This document shows, in pieces, positions 1-12,574 of a stretch of 64,000 bases of DNA. The notes beneath the pieces were generated by a model, which saw only the letters and a program-made list of their open reading frames with translations, had not been told where the DNA came from and searched no databases. A program made the position numbers and the translations under genes. Positions within the stretch are counted from its first letter, which is position 1; each line of letters begins with the position of its first letter. The DNA is taken from the NCBI RefSeq assembly GCF_963921235.1, contig NC_086098.1:6200001-6264000 (forward strand), given 5' to 3'. The stretch comes from Mobula hypostoma (Eukaryota).

Positions 1-490
1 ATCATTAGAAAGAGGAAACATAGGGTCGGAAGGTGTTGAATCTGCAAGGGCAAGGGACTGCGAAGTTAAAAAGACCCTGATGGGAGTTGAACTCAGACTC
101 CCAAACAGTAGTAAGGAGGTGGCCCTTGAATTACAATGGGACTTAGAAAATGCATGCCAGAAGGGCAATGTTACAATGGTTATAGAGGTTTTCAACATGC
201 AGGTAAATTGGGAAATTCAGGTTGGTGGGGGGGAGAGGGAGTTTCTAGAGTGCCTACAAGATGGGCTGCTTCTAGCAGCTCATGACTGAGCCCACTAGGG
301 GATCAGAGATTCTGGATGGGGTGTTGTGCAATTAACAAGAATTGATTAGATATGTTAAAGTAAAGGAACTGTTAGGGGCAAATGAGCATAATATGATCAA
401 ATTTACCCTGAAATCTGAGAAGTAGAAGCTAAAGTCAGATGTATCAGTATACAGTGGAGTAAAGGTAATTACAGAGACATGAGACAGGTG
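1..490 (+). mobile_element. Degenerate CR1 LINE ORF2 (endonuclease-proximal) fragment
   Basis: Decayed CR1-type translation (GVELRLPNSS, FNMQVNWE, FLECLQD); homologous to 6730-7150 on the minus strand. Confidence 0.7.
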
Positions 491-802
491 TGGTAGTTAG
501 GGGTGTGGAGGGTGAGTTAGTGGGTGGAGGTGTTGACACAAGTAACTGATTATTTGTACATAAAGTGACGCTAGATGATATGTATGTAGTGATGGTGGGG
601 CGTGGTGTGGTGGGGTAGTGGCTGGAGGTGTCAGTTACCTTACCTCTTGGGGGAAGTAACTGTTTTTGAGTATGGTGGCCTTGGCATGGATGGCATGCCT
701 CCATTTCACTGATGGGAGAGGGACAAATAGTCCATGGGCAGGGTGGATAGGATCCTTCACATGTTACTGGCCCCTTCCTGGCACCTTTCTGTGCATATGT
801 GC

Positions 803-938
803 TTGATGATGGGTTGGCTAATACCCTCTTTATTCCTAGACTGGTCATGGATGCGGGTTGGCTAGAGCTCTCTTTAATCCTGGATTGTTCATTGATGGTG
901 GGTTGGCTAGTGACTCATTAATCCTAGACTGCTCATTG
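803..938. repeat. Three diverged tandem copies of a ~45-bp unit
   Basis: Unit approximately GATGGTGGGTTGGCTAG..CTCTTTAATCCTAGACTGNTCATT, seen three times. Confidence 0.7.
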
Positions 939-1004
939 AACACTGCTTCAATCATAACTTTAAATTATATCTAGGGTAGATCTTGACTTTGCCCAGAAAT
1001 TCAT

Positions 1005-1310
1005 AAGACATAGAAACAGAATTAGGCCTTTTGGTCCATTGGGTCTGCTGCCGCCATTCGACTGTATCTGATTGGTTATCCTTCTCAACCCTATTCTCCT
1101 GTAACCTTTGACACCCTGACGAATCAAGACCTATCAACCTCCACTTTAAATGTACCCAATGACGTGGCCTCCACAGTCAACTGTGGCGATGAATTCCTTC
1201 TGGCTGAAGAAACTCCTCTTCGTATCTGTTCTAAAGGAACATCCTTGCATTCTGAGGCTGTGCTTCCTGTTGCTAGACTCTCCCATTATAGGAGAGTCTC
1301 TTGGTATCCA
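1005..1310 (-). mobile_element. CR1 LINE 3' end fragment (continues about 1915-2030)
   Basis: Similar to the other CR1 3' ends in the window; minus-strand translation includes GESSNRKHSLRMQG. Confidence 0.75.
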
Positions 1311-1319
1311 TTCTGTTTC

Positions 1320-1910
1320 ATTATCATCATCATTATGTACCGTGTCAAATGACATCAGCAATCATGGTCTTTCCATTACTGAGATTGTCCTTGGCAAATT
1401 TTTCTACAGAAATGGTTTGCCATTGCTTTCTTCTGGACAGTGCCTTTACAAGATGGGTGACCCCAACCATTATCACTGAACTTCAGAGTTTGTCTGCCTG
1501 GCATCAGTGGTTGCATAACCAGGACTATGAAATGCACCAGCTGCTCATATGACCATCCACCACCAGCTCCTATGGCTTCACATGACCCCGATCGGGAGGG
1601 CTAAGCAAGTGCTACACCTTGCCCAAAGGTGACCTGCATAGAAACAAAGAAACATAGAAAACTTACAGCACAATACAGGCCTTTCGGCCCACAAAGCTGT
1701 GCCGAACATGTCCTTACCTAAGAAATTACCTAGGGTTACCCATAGCCCTCTATTTTTCTGAGCTCCATGTACCTGTCCAAGAGACTCTTAAAAGACCCTA
1801 TCGTTTCCACCTCCACCACCACTGCCGGCTGCCCATTCCAAGCACAAACTAGCAAAGGGAAGGAGCATCTTACTCTTCCTTTGGAAGACTCATAGCTCCA
1901 GTCTGCCACT
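1320..1910 (-). mobile_element. RTE/BovB-related SINE-like element, split by a CR1 3' fragment at about 1638-1848
   Basis: Minus strand has the BovB/BovA-like motif GAAGAAAGCAATGGCAAACCA and ends in (GAT)n; the nested piece has a CR1 (CTATGTTT)-type tail. Confidence 0.6.
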
Positions 1911-2655
1911 TTTCACTCTTATCTAATCCTTTCAACATTTGGTAGGTTCCAACGAGATCCCTCCTTATTCTTCTAAATTGCAATAAATACAGGCTCTAAC
2001 CAATCAAAAGCTCCTCATGCATTAACCCTTTAGTGTAAACAACAAGTTGGCAGCCAAGTTTACAAAGCTCCTGCTATTTAGTTGCCCTGACAAAAGTGGA
2101 AACACAAACTCTGAATATCATACTACAGGCTGGCAATTTATTATTAAACAGTTCATACTGCTATACAAAATTAAAATCCATCAATGTACAATATGTTTCA
2201 AATGCTTCCCATACTTAAAGATATTAGCATATTTATGGGGTTGTATAGTTTAATAATCTCGTTAGTGCAGGAGACAGACATATCACACATCCACATCAAC
2301 TGTTAAAAATACAATTACAAAATGCTATTAACTGGAATTCATTATTAAAAAGTGTTCATAATATTTACATTGCTGCAAAAGCAAGAAGTGTGCTTGCTTG
2401 GGCGTTCAGAAAAGGGCTAAAATAGAGGAAAAGAGGAGGATCACTTGCCTGCTTTTCTTGTTCTATAAATTTGAATATATATTGCAATAAACATTTGGTA
2501 CAATTTAGCTATCAGTAATCAGCAGACCATCTACTCCTGGAAGCTGGAAGCTTTGTCTAATTTTAAAGGCTGGTCTTACAGCAAATGTGTGTTGCACCTC
2601 AGTTCAATATCATCCAACCTAGTCAAGATGAGCTGGTTAGTCTGGAAGTGGGTTA

Positions 2656-2657
<2 letters not shown>

Positions 2658-2713
<56 letters not shown>

Positions 2714-2714
2714 T
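2658..2714. repeat. (GT)n microsatellite
   Basis: Near-perfect TG run of about 55 bp. Confidence 0.98.
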
Positions 2715-2879
2715 GGGGTGGGGGGAAGGTGTTGGAGGTGGGTATACACTGAACCAGAAGTAGATGAAAGATCGGATTAGGGAGGATCCCAAAATATCAG
2801 CAGTGCAGATTCTGAGCAGAACTTCGTATCCTCCACACACTAAATTAATCCTAATTTTAAGCTTCTGGGCCTTTCAAAC

Positions 2880-4597
2880 GCAATTTTGACCAAAACTGCC
2901 CATAGTACTCCTAGTGAGGTCTCACCAGTGCCTTATAGAGCCTCAACCTCACATCCCTGCTCCTATACTCTATTCCTCTAGAAATGAATGCCAACGTTGC
3001 ATTCGCCTTCTTCCTAACTGATTCAACCTGGAGGTTAACCTTAAGGGTATCCTGTACGAGGACTCCCAAGTCCCGCTGCATCTCAGAACTTTGAATTCTT
3101 TCCCCATTTAACTACCTAGGGTTACCCATAGCCCTCTATTTTTCTAAGCTCCATGTATTGATCCAGGAGTCTCTTAAAACTCCCTATCGTTTCTTCCTCC
3201 ACCACCGCCACTGGCTGTCCATTCCATGCACTCACCACTCTGCATAAAAAACTTGCCCCTGACATCTCCTCTGTACCTACTTCCAAGTACCTTAAAACTT
3301 TGCCCTCTCGTGCTAGCCATTTCAGCCCTGGGGAAAAGCTTCTAACGAGCCACACGATCAACGCCTCTCATTATCTTGTACATCTCTATCAGGTCAATAA
3401 ACTGGACTAGTCTAAGAACACTGAGGCTGTCTACAAGAAGGGTCAGAGCCGTCTCTATTTCCTGTGGAGACTGAGGTCCTTTAACATCTGCCGGACGATG
3501 CTGAGGATGTTCTACGAGTCTGAGGTGGCCAGTGCTATCATTTTTGCTGTTGAGTGCTGGGGCAGAAGGCTGAGGGTGGCAGACACCAACAGAATCAACA
3601 AACTCATTCGTAAGGCCAGTGATGTTGTGGGGATGGAACTGGACTCTCTGACGGTGGTGTCTGAAAAGAGGATGCTGTCTAAGTTGCATGCCATCTTGGA
3701 CAATGTCTCCCATCCACTACATAATGTACTGGTTGGGCACAGGAGTACATTCAGCCAGAGACTCATTCCACCGAGATGCAGCACAGAGCGTCATAGGAAG
3801 TCATTCCTGCCTGTGGCCATCAAACTTTACAACTCCTCCCTTGGAGGGTCAGACACCCTGAGCCAATAGGCTGGTCCTGGACTTATTTCATAATTTACTG
3901 GCTAATTTACATATTAATATTTAACTATTTGTTACTATTTTCTATTACTATTGTATTACTATTTATTATTTCTATGACTATTACTATTTACTATTTACTA
4001 ATAGTAGTATTACTATTACTACTTCTATTACTATTTATTATTTATGGTGCAACTGTAACGAAAACCAATTTCCCCCAGGATCAATAAAATATGACTATGA
4101 CTATGACTCATCCTCCGTCACTCCAAGGAGAAAAGGATGAGTTCACTCAACCTATTCTCATAAGGCATGCTCCCCAATCCAGGCAACATCCTTGTAAATC
4201 TCCTCTGCACCCTTTCTATGGTTTCCACGTCCTTCCTGTAGTGAGGCGGCCAGAATTGAGCACAGTACTCCAAGTGGGATCTGACCAGGGTCCTCTATAG
4301 CTGCAACGTTATCTCTTGGCTCTTAAACTCAATCTCACAATTTATGAAGGCCAATGCATTGTATGCCTTCTTAACCACAAAGTCAACCTGTGTAGCAGCT
4401 TTGCGTGTCCTACGGACTCGGACCCCAAGATCCCTCTGATCCTCCACACTGCCAAGAGTCTTACCATTAATGCTATATTCTGCCGTCATATTTGACCGAC
4501 CAAAATGAACCACTTCACACTTATCTGGGTTGAACTCCATCTGCCACTTCTAAGCCCAGTTTTGCATCCTATCAATGCCCCATTGTAACCTCTGACA
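2880..4597 (-). mobile_element. CR1 LINE 3' fragments interrupted by a Rex1 insertion at 3398-4106
   Basis: MEFNPDKCEVVHFGRSN and VVSAWNG..FKRLLD translations; the CR1 text TATCAGGTCA|..|CATCCTCCGTC resumes across the insertion. Confidence 0.85.
3398..4106 (+). mobile_element. Rex1/Babar-type LINE 3' end
   Basis: KKGQSRLYFL and MLRMFYESEVASAIIFA..RHRKSFLPVAIKLYN; AT-rich (TTACTA)n 3' UTR, AATAAA and (TATGAC)n tail. Confidence 0.85.
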
Positions 4598-4685
4598 GCG
4601 GTCTTGGCTTGAAACGTTGACTGTTTAATCCTTTCCATAAATGGTGCCTGACCTGCTGAGTTCCTCCAGCATTTTGTGTGCGTTG
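4598..4685 (+). mobile_element. Penelope-like element tail fragment starting inside the hammerhead
   Basis: GGTCTTGGCTTGAAACGTTGACTG..CCTGCTGAGTTCCTCCAGCATTTTGTGTG matches the other Penelope tails. Confidence 0.75.
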
Positions 4686-4919
4686 TGGCCAACCAGTGAA
4701 AGATCCATTTCAGAATCACAGACCAATATTGTGAACAAGCTGTTAAGTCACTTTAAACCAGGGGTTCCCAACCTGAGATCTGCAGAGCCTTCGGTTAATG
4801 GTGGGGGTCTATGGCACAAAAGGGGTTGGAAACCTCTGCTTTAGACTCACTTCCATATCTACTATCTCATAATAGACACATTCCTATTATTTAGTGTTAG
4901 CTTGCATAATTACTTCTGT

Positions 4920-5330
4920 AACAAGAGAAAGTCTGCCGATTCTGGAAATCCTGTGCAAAGCACATAAAATGCTGGAGGAACTCAGCAGATCAGGCAGCAT
5001 CTATGGAAATGAACAAACAGTCAACGTTTTGGGACAAGTCTTTTTATCAGGACTGAGTTCAGGGGAAGATGCCAGAAGAAAAAACGTTGTGGGGGGAGGG
5101 GGGATAAAAGGAAACTAGCTGGAAGGTGATCGGTGAAACCAAGTGAGTGGGAAAGGCCGAGGGCTGGAGAAGGAAGAAGCTGATACAAGAGTAGAGTGGA
5201 CAATAGGAAAAGGGGAAGAAGAGCGACCCACGGGAAAGTAATAGGCAGGTGAGAAGAAGTAAAATATCAGAGTGGTGCATAAAGGGAGGGGTATTGGAAT
5301 TGAAATGTTTGGCCATTGGGAAGTCCGCTT
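4920..5330 (-). mobile_element. Penelope-like element 3' tail with degenerate hammerhead (5019-5054)
   Basis: Same tail as 27835-28230; a short GIY-YIG-end remnant (FPMAKHFNS). Confidence 0.75.
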
Positions 5331-5334
5331 GTGA

Positions 5335-7670
5335 TATAGGAACAGAATTAGACCCTTTGGCCAATCGAGCCTGCTCCCCCATTTCATCACTGCTGATCCA
5401 ATTTTCCTCTCAGCCCCAGTCTCCTGCCTTCTCCCCATATCCCTTTCTGCCCTGACCAATCAAGAAACCTATCAATCTTTGCCTTAAATATACATAAAGT
5501 CTTGGACTCCTCAGCTGCCTGTAGCAAAGAATTCCATAGAGTCACCTCTCTCTGGCTAAAGAAATTCCTCCTCATCTCTGTTCTAAAATGACACCCCTCT
5601 ATTCTGCAGCTGTGTCCTCTGGTCTTAGTCTATTCCACCATTGGAAGCATCTTCTCCACGTCCACTCTATCAAGGCATTTCACTATTCAATAGGTTTAAA
5701 TGAAGTCAGCCCTCATTCTTTTGAATTCTAGTGAATACAGGCCAGGGCCATCAAACACTCTTCATATGATAAACCATTCCGTCCTGGAATCATTTTTGGG
5801 AATCTCCTTTGAACCGTCTTCCATTTCAGCACAGCCTTTCTAAGATATGGGGCCCAAGACTGCTCACGATACTGCAAATGAGGCCTCACCAGTGCTTTAT
5901 AAAGTTTCAACATTACTTCCTTGCTTTTATTTTCTAGTCCTCTTCAAATGAATGCTAACATCACATTTGCCTTCCTCACCACAGACTCAACTTGCAAATT
6001 AACCTTTCGGGAACCCTGCACAATGACTCCCAAATCCTTCTGCATTTCAGATTTTTGTATTTTCTTTCCATTTGGCCATCACTTGCAGAACTCTGGGGTG
6101 TACACCGTCTAGTCTAGGTGACTTATCGACCTTCAAACCTTTCAGTTTCCCGAGAACCTTCTCTCTAGTTACAGTAACTTCACACACTTCATGACCCCTG
6201 ACACCTGGAATTTCTATCATACTGCTGGTGCCTTCCACAGTGAATATTGATGCAAAATACTTATTTAGTTCATCCGCTATTTCATTGCCCCCCATTGCTA
6301 CATCACCAGCATTGTTTTCCAGGGGTCCAATATCCACTATCTCATGTACTTCATTTACCTGAAGAAACTTTGATATCCTCTTTAATGTTATTGGTTAGCT
6401 TACTCTAATATTCCATCTTTACCTTCTTAATAACTTTTTAGTTGCCTCTGTTGGTTTTTAAAAGATTCCCAATCCTCTAACCTCCCACTAATCTTTGCTC
6501 TATTCTTTGCCCCTATCTGGCTTTTATGTTGGCTTTAACTTCTGTTGTGAGCCGTGGTTGTGCCATTTTTCCTTTAGAATATTTATTAAAAGCTGGGATG
6601 TATGTATCCTGAGACTTCCAAATTGCTTCCAGAAATTCCAACCCATTGTCCTCGCCAGTGTTCTTTTCCAATCAATTCTGGCCAACTCCTCTCTCATGCC
6701 TCTGGAATTCCCTTTACTCTTCAGGGTGAATTTGATCATATTATGATCACTTTCCCCAAAGAGTTCTTTTACCTTAAGCTGTCTAAACAATTCTGGTTCA
6801 TTGCACAACACCCCATCCAGAACAGCTGATCTTCTAGTGGGCTCAGCCATGGGCTGCTCTAAAAAGCCATCAGGAGCACTCTAGGAACTACCTTGCTGGA
6901 ATCCAGCACAAACCTGACTCTCCCAATCTACTTGCTCATTGAAGTCCCCCATGACTCTGGCCACATTGCCCTCTTAACATGCATTTCTACCTCCTGTTGT
7001 AATTTGTAGGCCACATCCACACTGCTGTTTGGGAGTCTGAGTTCAACTCCCATCAGGGTCTTTTTAAGTTCGCTGTCCCTTGCCCTTGCAGATTCAACAC
7101 CTTCTGACCCCATGTTTCCTCTTTCTAATGATTTGATTTCCTTCTTCACCAACAGAACAACGCTGGCCTCTTTGCCTTCCTGCCAGTCCTTTCAATATAA
7201 TGTGCATTAAGCTCCCAGCTATAATCTTCTTTCAGCCATGATCCAGTGGTGCCTGCAATATCATACCTGCCAATCTGCAACTGTGCTGCAAGTTCATCTA
7301 CCTTATTCCACATTCAAATACAACACCTTCAGTCCTGTATTCACCCTTTTTGATTTTGTCCACCTTTTGTGTTGCAACTCATCCTGTTGACTACAATTTT
7401 GCCCCATCAACAGCCTCTCTTCACTACAAATTGCCTCTGTTTGTAAACCAGTTACCTCATCTTCATCACTGTCATCTGCCTTTCCTATGATACTTCTTGC
7501 ATTGAAATATATGCAGCTCAGGACACTGGTCACACAATGATCAACCTTTGGTTCCTAACTTTGTCTGAGGTCTTGCCAACATCTGCCTCGACAACCTTGC
7601 CACTAATTGTTCTGGCACTCTGGTACCCACCCCCTGAAACTCTAGTTTAATCCTCACCGTGCAGCATTAA
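5335..7670 (-). mobile_element. Long degenerate CR1 LINE (ORF2 endonuclease to 3' end, internal deletions)
   Basis: Motifs YFNARSI, VLYLN, EPTR..VLDGVLCN, LKVDKSPRLDGVHPRVL, LYKALVRPHLQY, RNFFSQR. Confidence 0.85.
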
Positions 7671-7699
7671 CAAAGCATTGTGGCGGATGGTACAGAGGT

Positions 7700-8245
7700 T
7701 TTCAAAGAAGCAGCCCCCCCTATTTATGATGGGTCTTGTCAATGGGCAGGAGGCTGCATTGGGAGCACCGGACACAGTTGTCAACCCCAGCAGAACTCGC
7801 AGATGAAATGTTGCCTCACATGGAAGGACTGCTTGGGTCTGAATGGAAGTGGGGGAGATGTGTATGGGCAGGAGTAATGCTGTGGCTGCTTGCAGGGATA
7901 AGAACCTGGAGGGACATTGGTTGGGGCGGGGATAATAGACAAAGGAATCATGGAGGAACTGATCCTTGTTGAAAGTGGAGGAAGTAGGTAAAGGGAAGTT
8001 TTGTGAGAGGATCCCTTTGGAGATGGCTTAAGTTGTGGAGGATATTGTGTTGGATGTGGAGGCTCATGGGGTGGTGGGTAAAGACAAGAGGAACTCTATC
8101 CCTGTTAAGAGGGTGGAAAGATGGGATGAGTATGGATGTTCGGGAGATGGAGGGGATGTGGGTGAGGGCAGAGTCAATAGTGGAGGAAGGGAAACATTGT
8201 TCTTTAAAGGAGGAGGACATCTCTGATGTCCTGAAGTAGAAAGTG
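7700..8245 (-). mobile_element. Penelope-like element fragment (RT C-terminus/linker)
   Basis: ORF 7948-8220 (FPSSTIDSAL..DRVPLVFTHHP..LQRDP) is homologous to the end of the 723-aa ORF. Confidence 0.85.
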
Positions 8246-9198
8246 CTCAGTCACTATTTTAGGAAGTTCCAGTACTAATGCTTGAGATATATTATCCTCA
8301 GTTTTACTTTATAATACTGTAATGTTTTCACTGCAAACGGTATATATCAGTCTTTTTTCACTCACAATGCCCATGGACTGTTTGTCCTTCTGTCAGGAGA
8401 ACTAACGGACTCAAAAACAGTTACTTTCCCCAGTACTAAGGCTGATCAGCACCTCCACCCACTAACCCACCCCTCCACACCCCCAACCACCAGTACTTTC
8501 TCATTTTCTGTCAGAGTCACCTTACTTACAGGCACTCCTGTGCCCAGCATCACTTTTTAATGATTATTGTGTTTTTTTATGCTGCACCTAATCTAGATGA
8601 ACAATCATTTTGTTCTCCTTTGCAAGAATGACATTAACAATCCTGAATCTTGAATTAGAACTTGAGAGTTTTGTGTTTGCTGAAAGGAGAAAGCCAAGGT
8701 TGTAATTTAACCAAATTTAGGGGAGCAAGGTTTTGAACAAAATACTCAAAGCAAATGTGACTTATTCATCCCTGAGCGTGGAATGGAGAATGAGGCCTTG
8801 CACCAACTTTTGAGAAATATCAAATCGGCGTGCTAAGCAGATTGAAAGAAAATCATATTGCACTTAATCAAAAGTTTGTTGGCAAGAATTTGGAGAAGAT
8901 ACCCATTGATGTGTCTATGGCACGTCTGCATTTATCCATTAGCATAACTTCTGTCAGGTGAAAGTGTTACTTTGAGTAAAATATCCTGATGGCGAAGAAT
9001 CACCAGAGACAGGGTGATTTGCATAACAAAATTATACATGACAATGTGTTTGATTAGCATGAATTTAATAGAGGACTCTCTACAGGGATCACTGAAACTG
9101 CTGGCAAAATTTTAACGAACTCTTTGGTCAAGCTTCAAGGTATTTTGCTGCAGAGTTAGAACAGCGGCACTTTTGTTTTCAAAGCAATTGATAAAGAG

Positions 9199-9805
9199 TG
9201 GGTGTTGGCTTTCATAAATCGAGGGATAGAGTTTAAGAGTCGCGATGTAATGATGCAGCTCTATAAAACTCTGGTTAGGCCACACTTGGAGTACTGTGTC
9301 CAGTTCTGGTCACCTCACTATATGAAGGATGTGGAAGCATTGGAAAGGGTACAGAGGAGATTTACCAGGATGCTGCCTGGTTTAGAGAGTATGCATTATG
9401 ATCAGAGATTAAGGAAGCTAGGGCTTTATTCTTTGGAGAGAAGGAGGATGAGAGGAGACATGATAGAGGTGTACAAGATAATAAGAGGAATAGATAGAGT
9501 GGATAGCCAGCGCCTCTTCCCCAGGGCACCACTGCTCAATACAAGGGGACATGGCTTTAAGGTAAGGGGTGGGAAGTTCAAGGGGGATATTAGAGGAAGG
9601 TTTTTTACTCAGAGAGTGGTTGATGCGTGGAATGCACTGCCTGAGTCAGTGGTGGAGGCAGATACACTAGTGAAGTTTAAGAGACTACTAGACAGGTATA
9701 TGGAGGAATCTAAGGTGGGGGCTTATATGGGAGGCAGGGTTTGAGGGTCGGCACAACATTGTGGTCCGAAGGGCCTGTAATGTGCTGTACTATTCTATGT
9801 TCTGT
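9199..9805 (+). mobile_element. Young 5'-truncated CR1 with uninterrupted ORF2 C-terminus
   Basis: 180-aa ORF containing LYKTLVRPHLEYCVQFWSPH; 8-bp TSD ATAAAGAG at 9191-9198 and 9806-9813. Confidence 0.92.
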
Positions 9806-10234
9806 ATAAAGAGCACAGGGTTTATTTTGTGTAGGGGTACAACATAGGAAAATGAGGAGCATTTGAAATGGATCAGCCCACACTGTGCACTGCCCATTCA
9901 GACTCAACAGGTTCTAACTTCCCCTGATTCTCAGCTGTAGGACTTTTCTTTGCCAGCTACGCTTCCTCGAGCTGAATTGGACAGACAGTACATGTAGACC
10001 TCGTCTTAATCAAAATCTGAATTGTAAACCTACCACTGAATGGGTTAAGGCTTCATTTATGCTGTCATTGTTTTACTAAGGAAGTTATTAAGTACAGATG
10101 AACAAGGGGAAAGAAGTAGATGTGTTATTTTATGGTGAAGATGTGTTAGAAGCTATATGTTGGATGGACTCTTTCCTTCTGCCTTCCCGTCGGGCAGCTT
10201 CAGTCCTCCAAGGGCTGTACAGACTGCGTAAACA

Positions 10235-10740
10235 ATAATACCATAAGACACCGGAGCAGAATTAGGCCATTCAGTCCATCAAGTCTGCTCCACCATTTAA
10301 TCATGGCTGATTTTTATCACTTTCAGCCCCATTCTCCTGAACTTTCCCCTATAACTTTTGACGCTCTTGCTAATCAAGAACCTATCAAATTCTGCTTCAA
10401 GTATGTCAAGGCTTCCACTGCTGTCTGTGGTAACTAATTCCACAGATTCACTACCCTTTGGCTAAAGGAATTCCTTTTCATTTCTGTTCTAAAGGGACAT
10501 CCTTCTGTTCTGAATTTGTGCCCTTAAGTTCTAGACTCTCCCACTATTGGAAACATTCTCACCATGTCCACCCTATCCAGGTCTTTCAATACTGAATAGG
10601 TTTCAATGAGACCTCACCCCCTCATTTTTCTAAACTTCAATGAGTACTTGCCCAGAATAATCAAATGCTCCTCATTGGTTAACCCTTTCAATCCCAGGAT
10701 CATTATTGTGAACCTTCTCTGGACCCTCTCCAAAGCCAGG
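10235..10740 (-). mobile_element. CR1 3' end fragment
   Basis: Homologous to the other CR1 3' ends. Confidence 0.75.
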
Positions 10741-10801
10741 ACAATTCATCCTTCTTGTCTAATATATTTCTTGTTTCATTGCTAATTAATTATGAAGATT
10801 G

Positions 10802-12518
10802 TCAGGAAGTCTGCTCACCTGGCTGTACTTCTACTCCCTGAGTATAGGCAGAGACTGAAGACTACAGCACCAGCCCTGAGGACCAAGAAGGTATAGACAC
10901 GGGAAGCACAGGAGCGCCTACAGGGCTGCTTTGAATTGGTGGACTGGACTGTATTCAGGGATTCATCTTCGAACCTGGATGAGTATGCTGCAGTTGTTAA
11001 CGGCTTCATTAAAACCTGTGTGGATGAATGTGTGCCCACATAGACTTACTGTACATTCCCAAACCAAAAGCTGTGGATGAACCAGGAGGTACGTTATTTG
11101 CTGGAGGCTAGATCTTTGGCATTCAACTCTGGCGACCCAGGCCTGTATCAGAAAACTAGGTATGATTTGTGGAGCGCTATTTCAAGAGAGAAGAGACAAT
11201 TTTGAACGAGATTGAAGGTGACATCGGATGCACGGTAACTCTGGTAGGGTTTTCAAGACGTTACTTCCTACAAAGTGAATCCCAATAGTATGAATGGCAG
11301 TGATGCTTCACTAGCAGATGAACTCAATGCCTTCTATGCACGCTTTGAAAGGGAAAACACAACTACAGCTGTGAAGATCCCTGTTGCACCCAGTGACACT
11401 GTGATCTCCGTCTCAGAGGCCGACGTTAGGCTGTCTTCAACTTTCTAACCGGAAGACAACAATCTGTGCGGATTGGTGATAACATATCCTCCTCACTGAC
11501 GATCAACACTGGTGCACCTTAGGGGTGTGTGCTTAGCCCACTGCTCTACTCTCTATATTCACATATACATGGGGCTAAGCATAGCTCAAATACCATCCAC
11601 AAATTTGCTGATGATACAACCATTGTTAGTAGAGTCTCAGATTGTAACGAGAGGGCATACAGGAGTGAGATATGCCAACTAGTGGAGTCGTGCCGCAGCA
11701 ACAACCTGGCACTCAACGTCAGTAAGACAAAAGAGCTGATTGTGGACTTCAGGAAGGGTAGGACGAAGGAACACATAACAATCCTCATAGAGGGATCAGA
11801 GGTGGAGAGAAGGAGCAGCTTCAAGTTCCTGGGTGTCAAGATCTCTGAGGACCTAACCTGGTCCCAACATATCGATGTAGTTATAAAGAAGACAAAACAG
11901 CGGCTATATTTCATTAGGAGTTTGAAGAGATTTGGCATGTCAACAATTACACTCAAAAGCTCCTATAGATGTACCATAGAGAGCATTCTGATCAGCTGCA
12001 TCACTGTTTGGTATGTGGGGGTTACTGCACAGGACCGAAAGAAGCTGCAGAAGGTTGTAAATCGAGTCAGCTCCATTTTGGGTACTAGCCTACAAAGTAC
12101 ACAGGACACCTTCAGGGAGCGGTGTCTCAGAAAGGCAGCGTCCATTATTAAGGACCTCCAGCACCCAGGGCATGCCCTTTTCTCACTGTTACCATCAGGT
12201 AGGAGGTGCAGAAGCCTGAAGGTACACACTCAGCGATTCAGGAACAGCTTCTTCCCCTCTGCCATCCAATTCCTAAATGGATATTGAACCTTTGTATACT
12301 ACTTCACTTTTCTTAATATACAGTTTTTCTGTTTTTTGCACATTTTTTGATCTATTCAATATATGTATACTGTAACTGATTTATTTACTTATTATCATTA
12401 TTATTTTTATTTTATTTATTTTTTTCTCTCTGCTAGATTATGTATTGCATTGAACTGCTGCTGCTAAGTTAACAAATTTCACATCACGTGCCGCTGATAA
12501 TAAACCTGATTTTGATTC
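10802..12518 (+). mobile_element. Rex1/Babar-type LINE, 5'-truncated with internal deletion
   Basis: 9-bp TSD TGAAGATTG at 10793-10801 and 12519-12527; AATAAA then (TGATTC)-like tail. Confidence 0.9.
11529..12287 (+). pseudogene. RT C-terminal ORF fragment of the Rex1/Babar LINE
   Basis: LSPLLYSLY, KFADD, LALNVSKTKELIVDFRK, FKFLGV, RFRNSFFPSAI. Confidence 0.88.
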
Positions 12519-12574
12519 TGAAGATTGAAGTTTGCAGTTACTTGATCTAAAATCTGTCCTTAAACCTGATCTAA

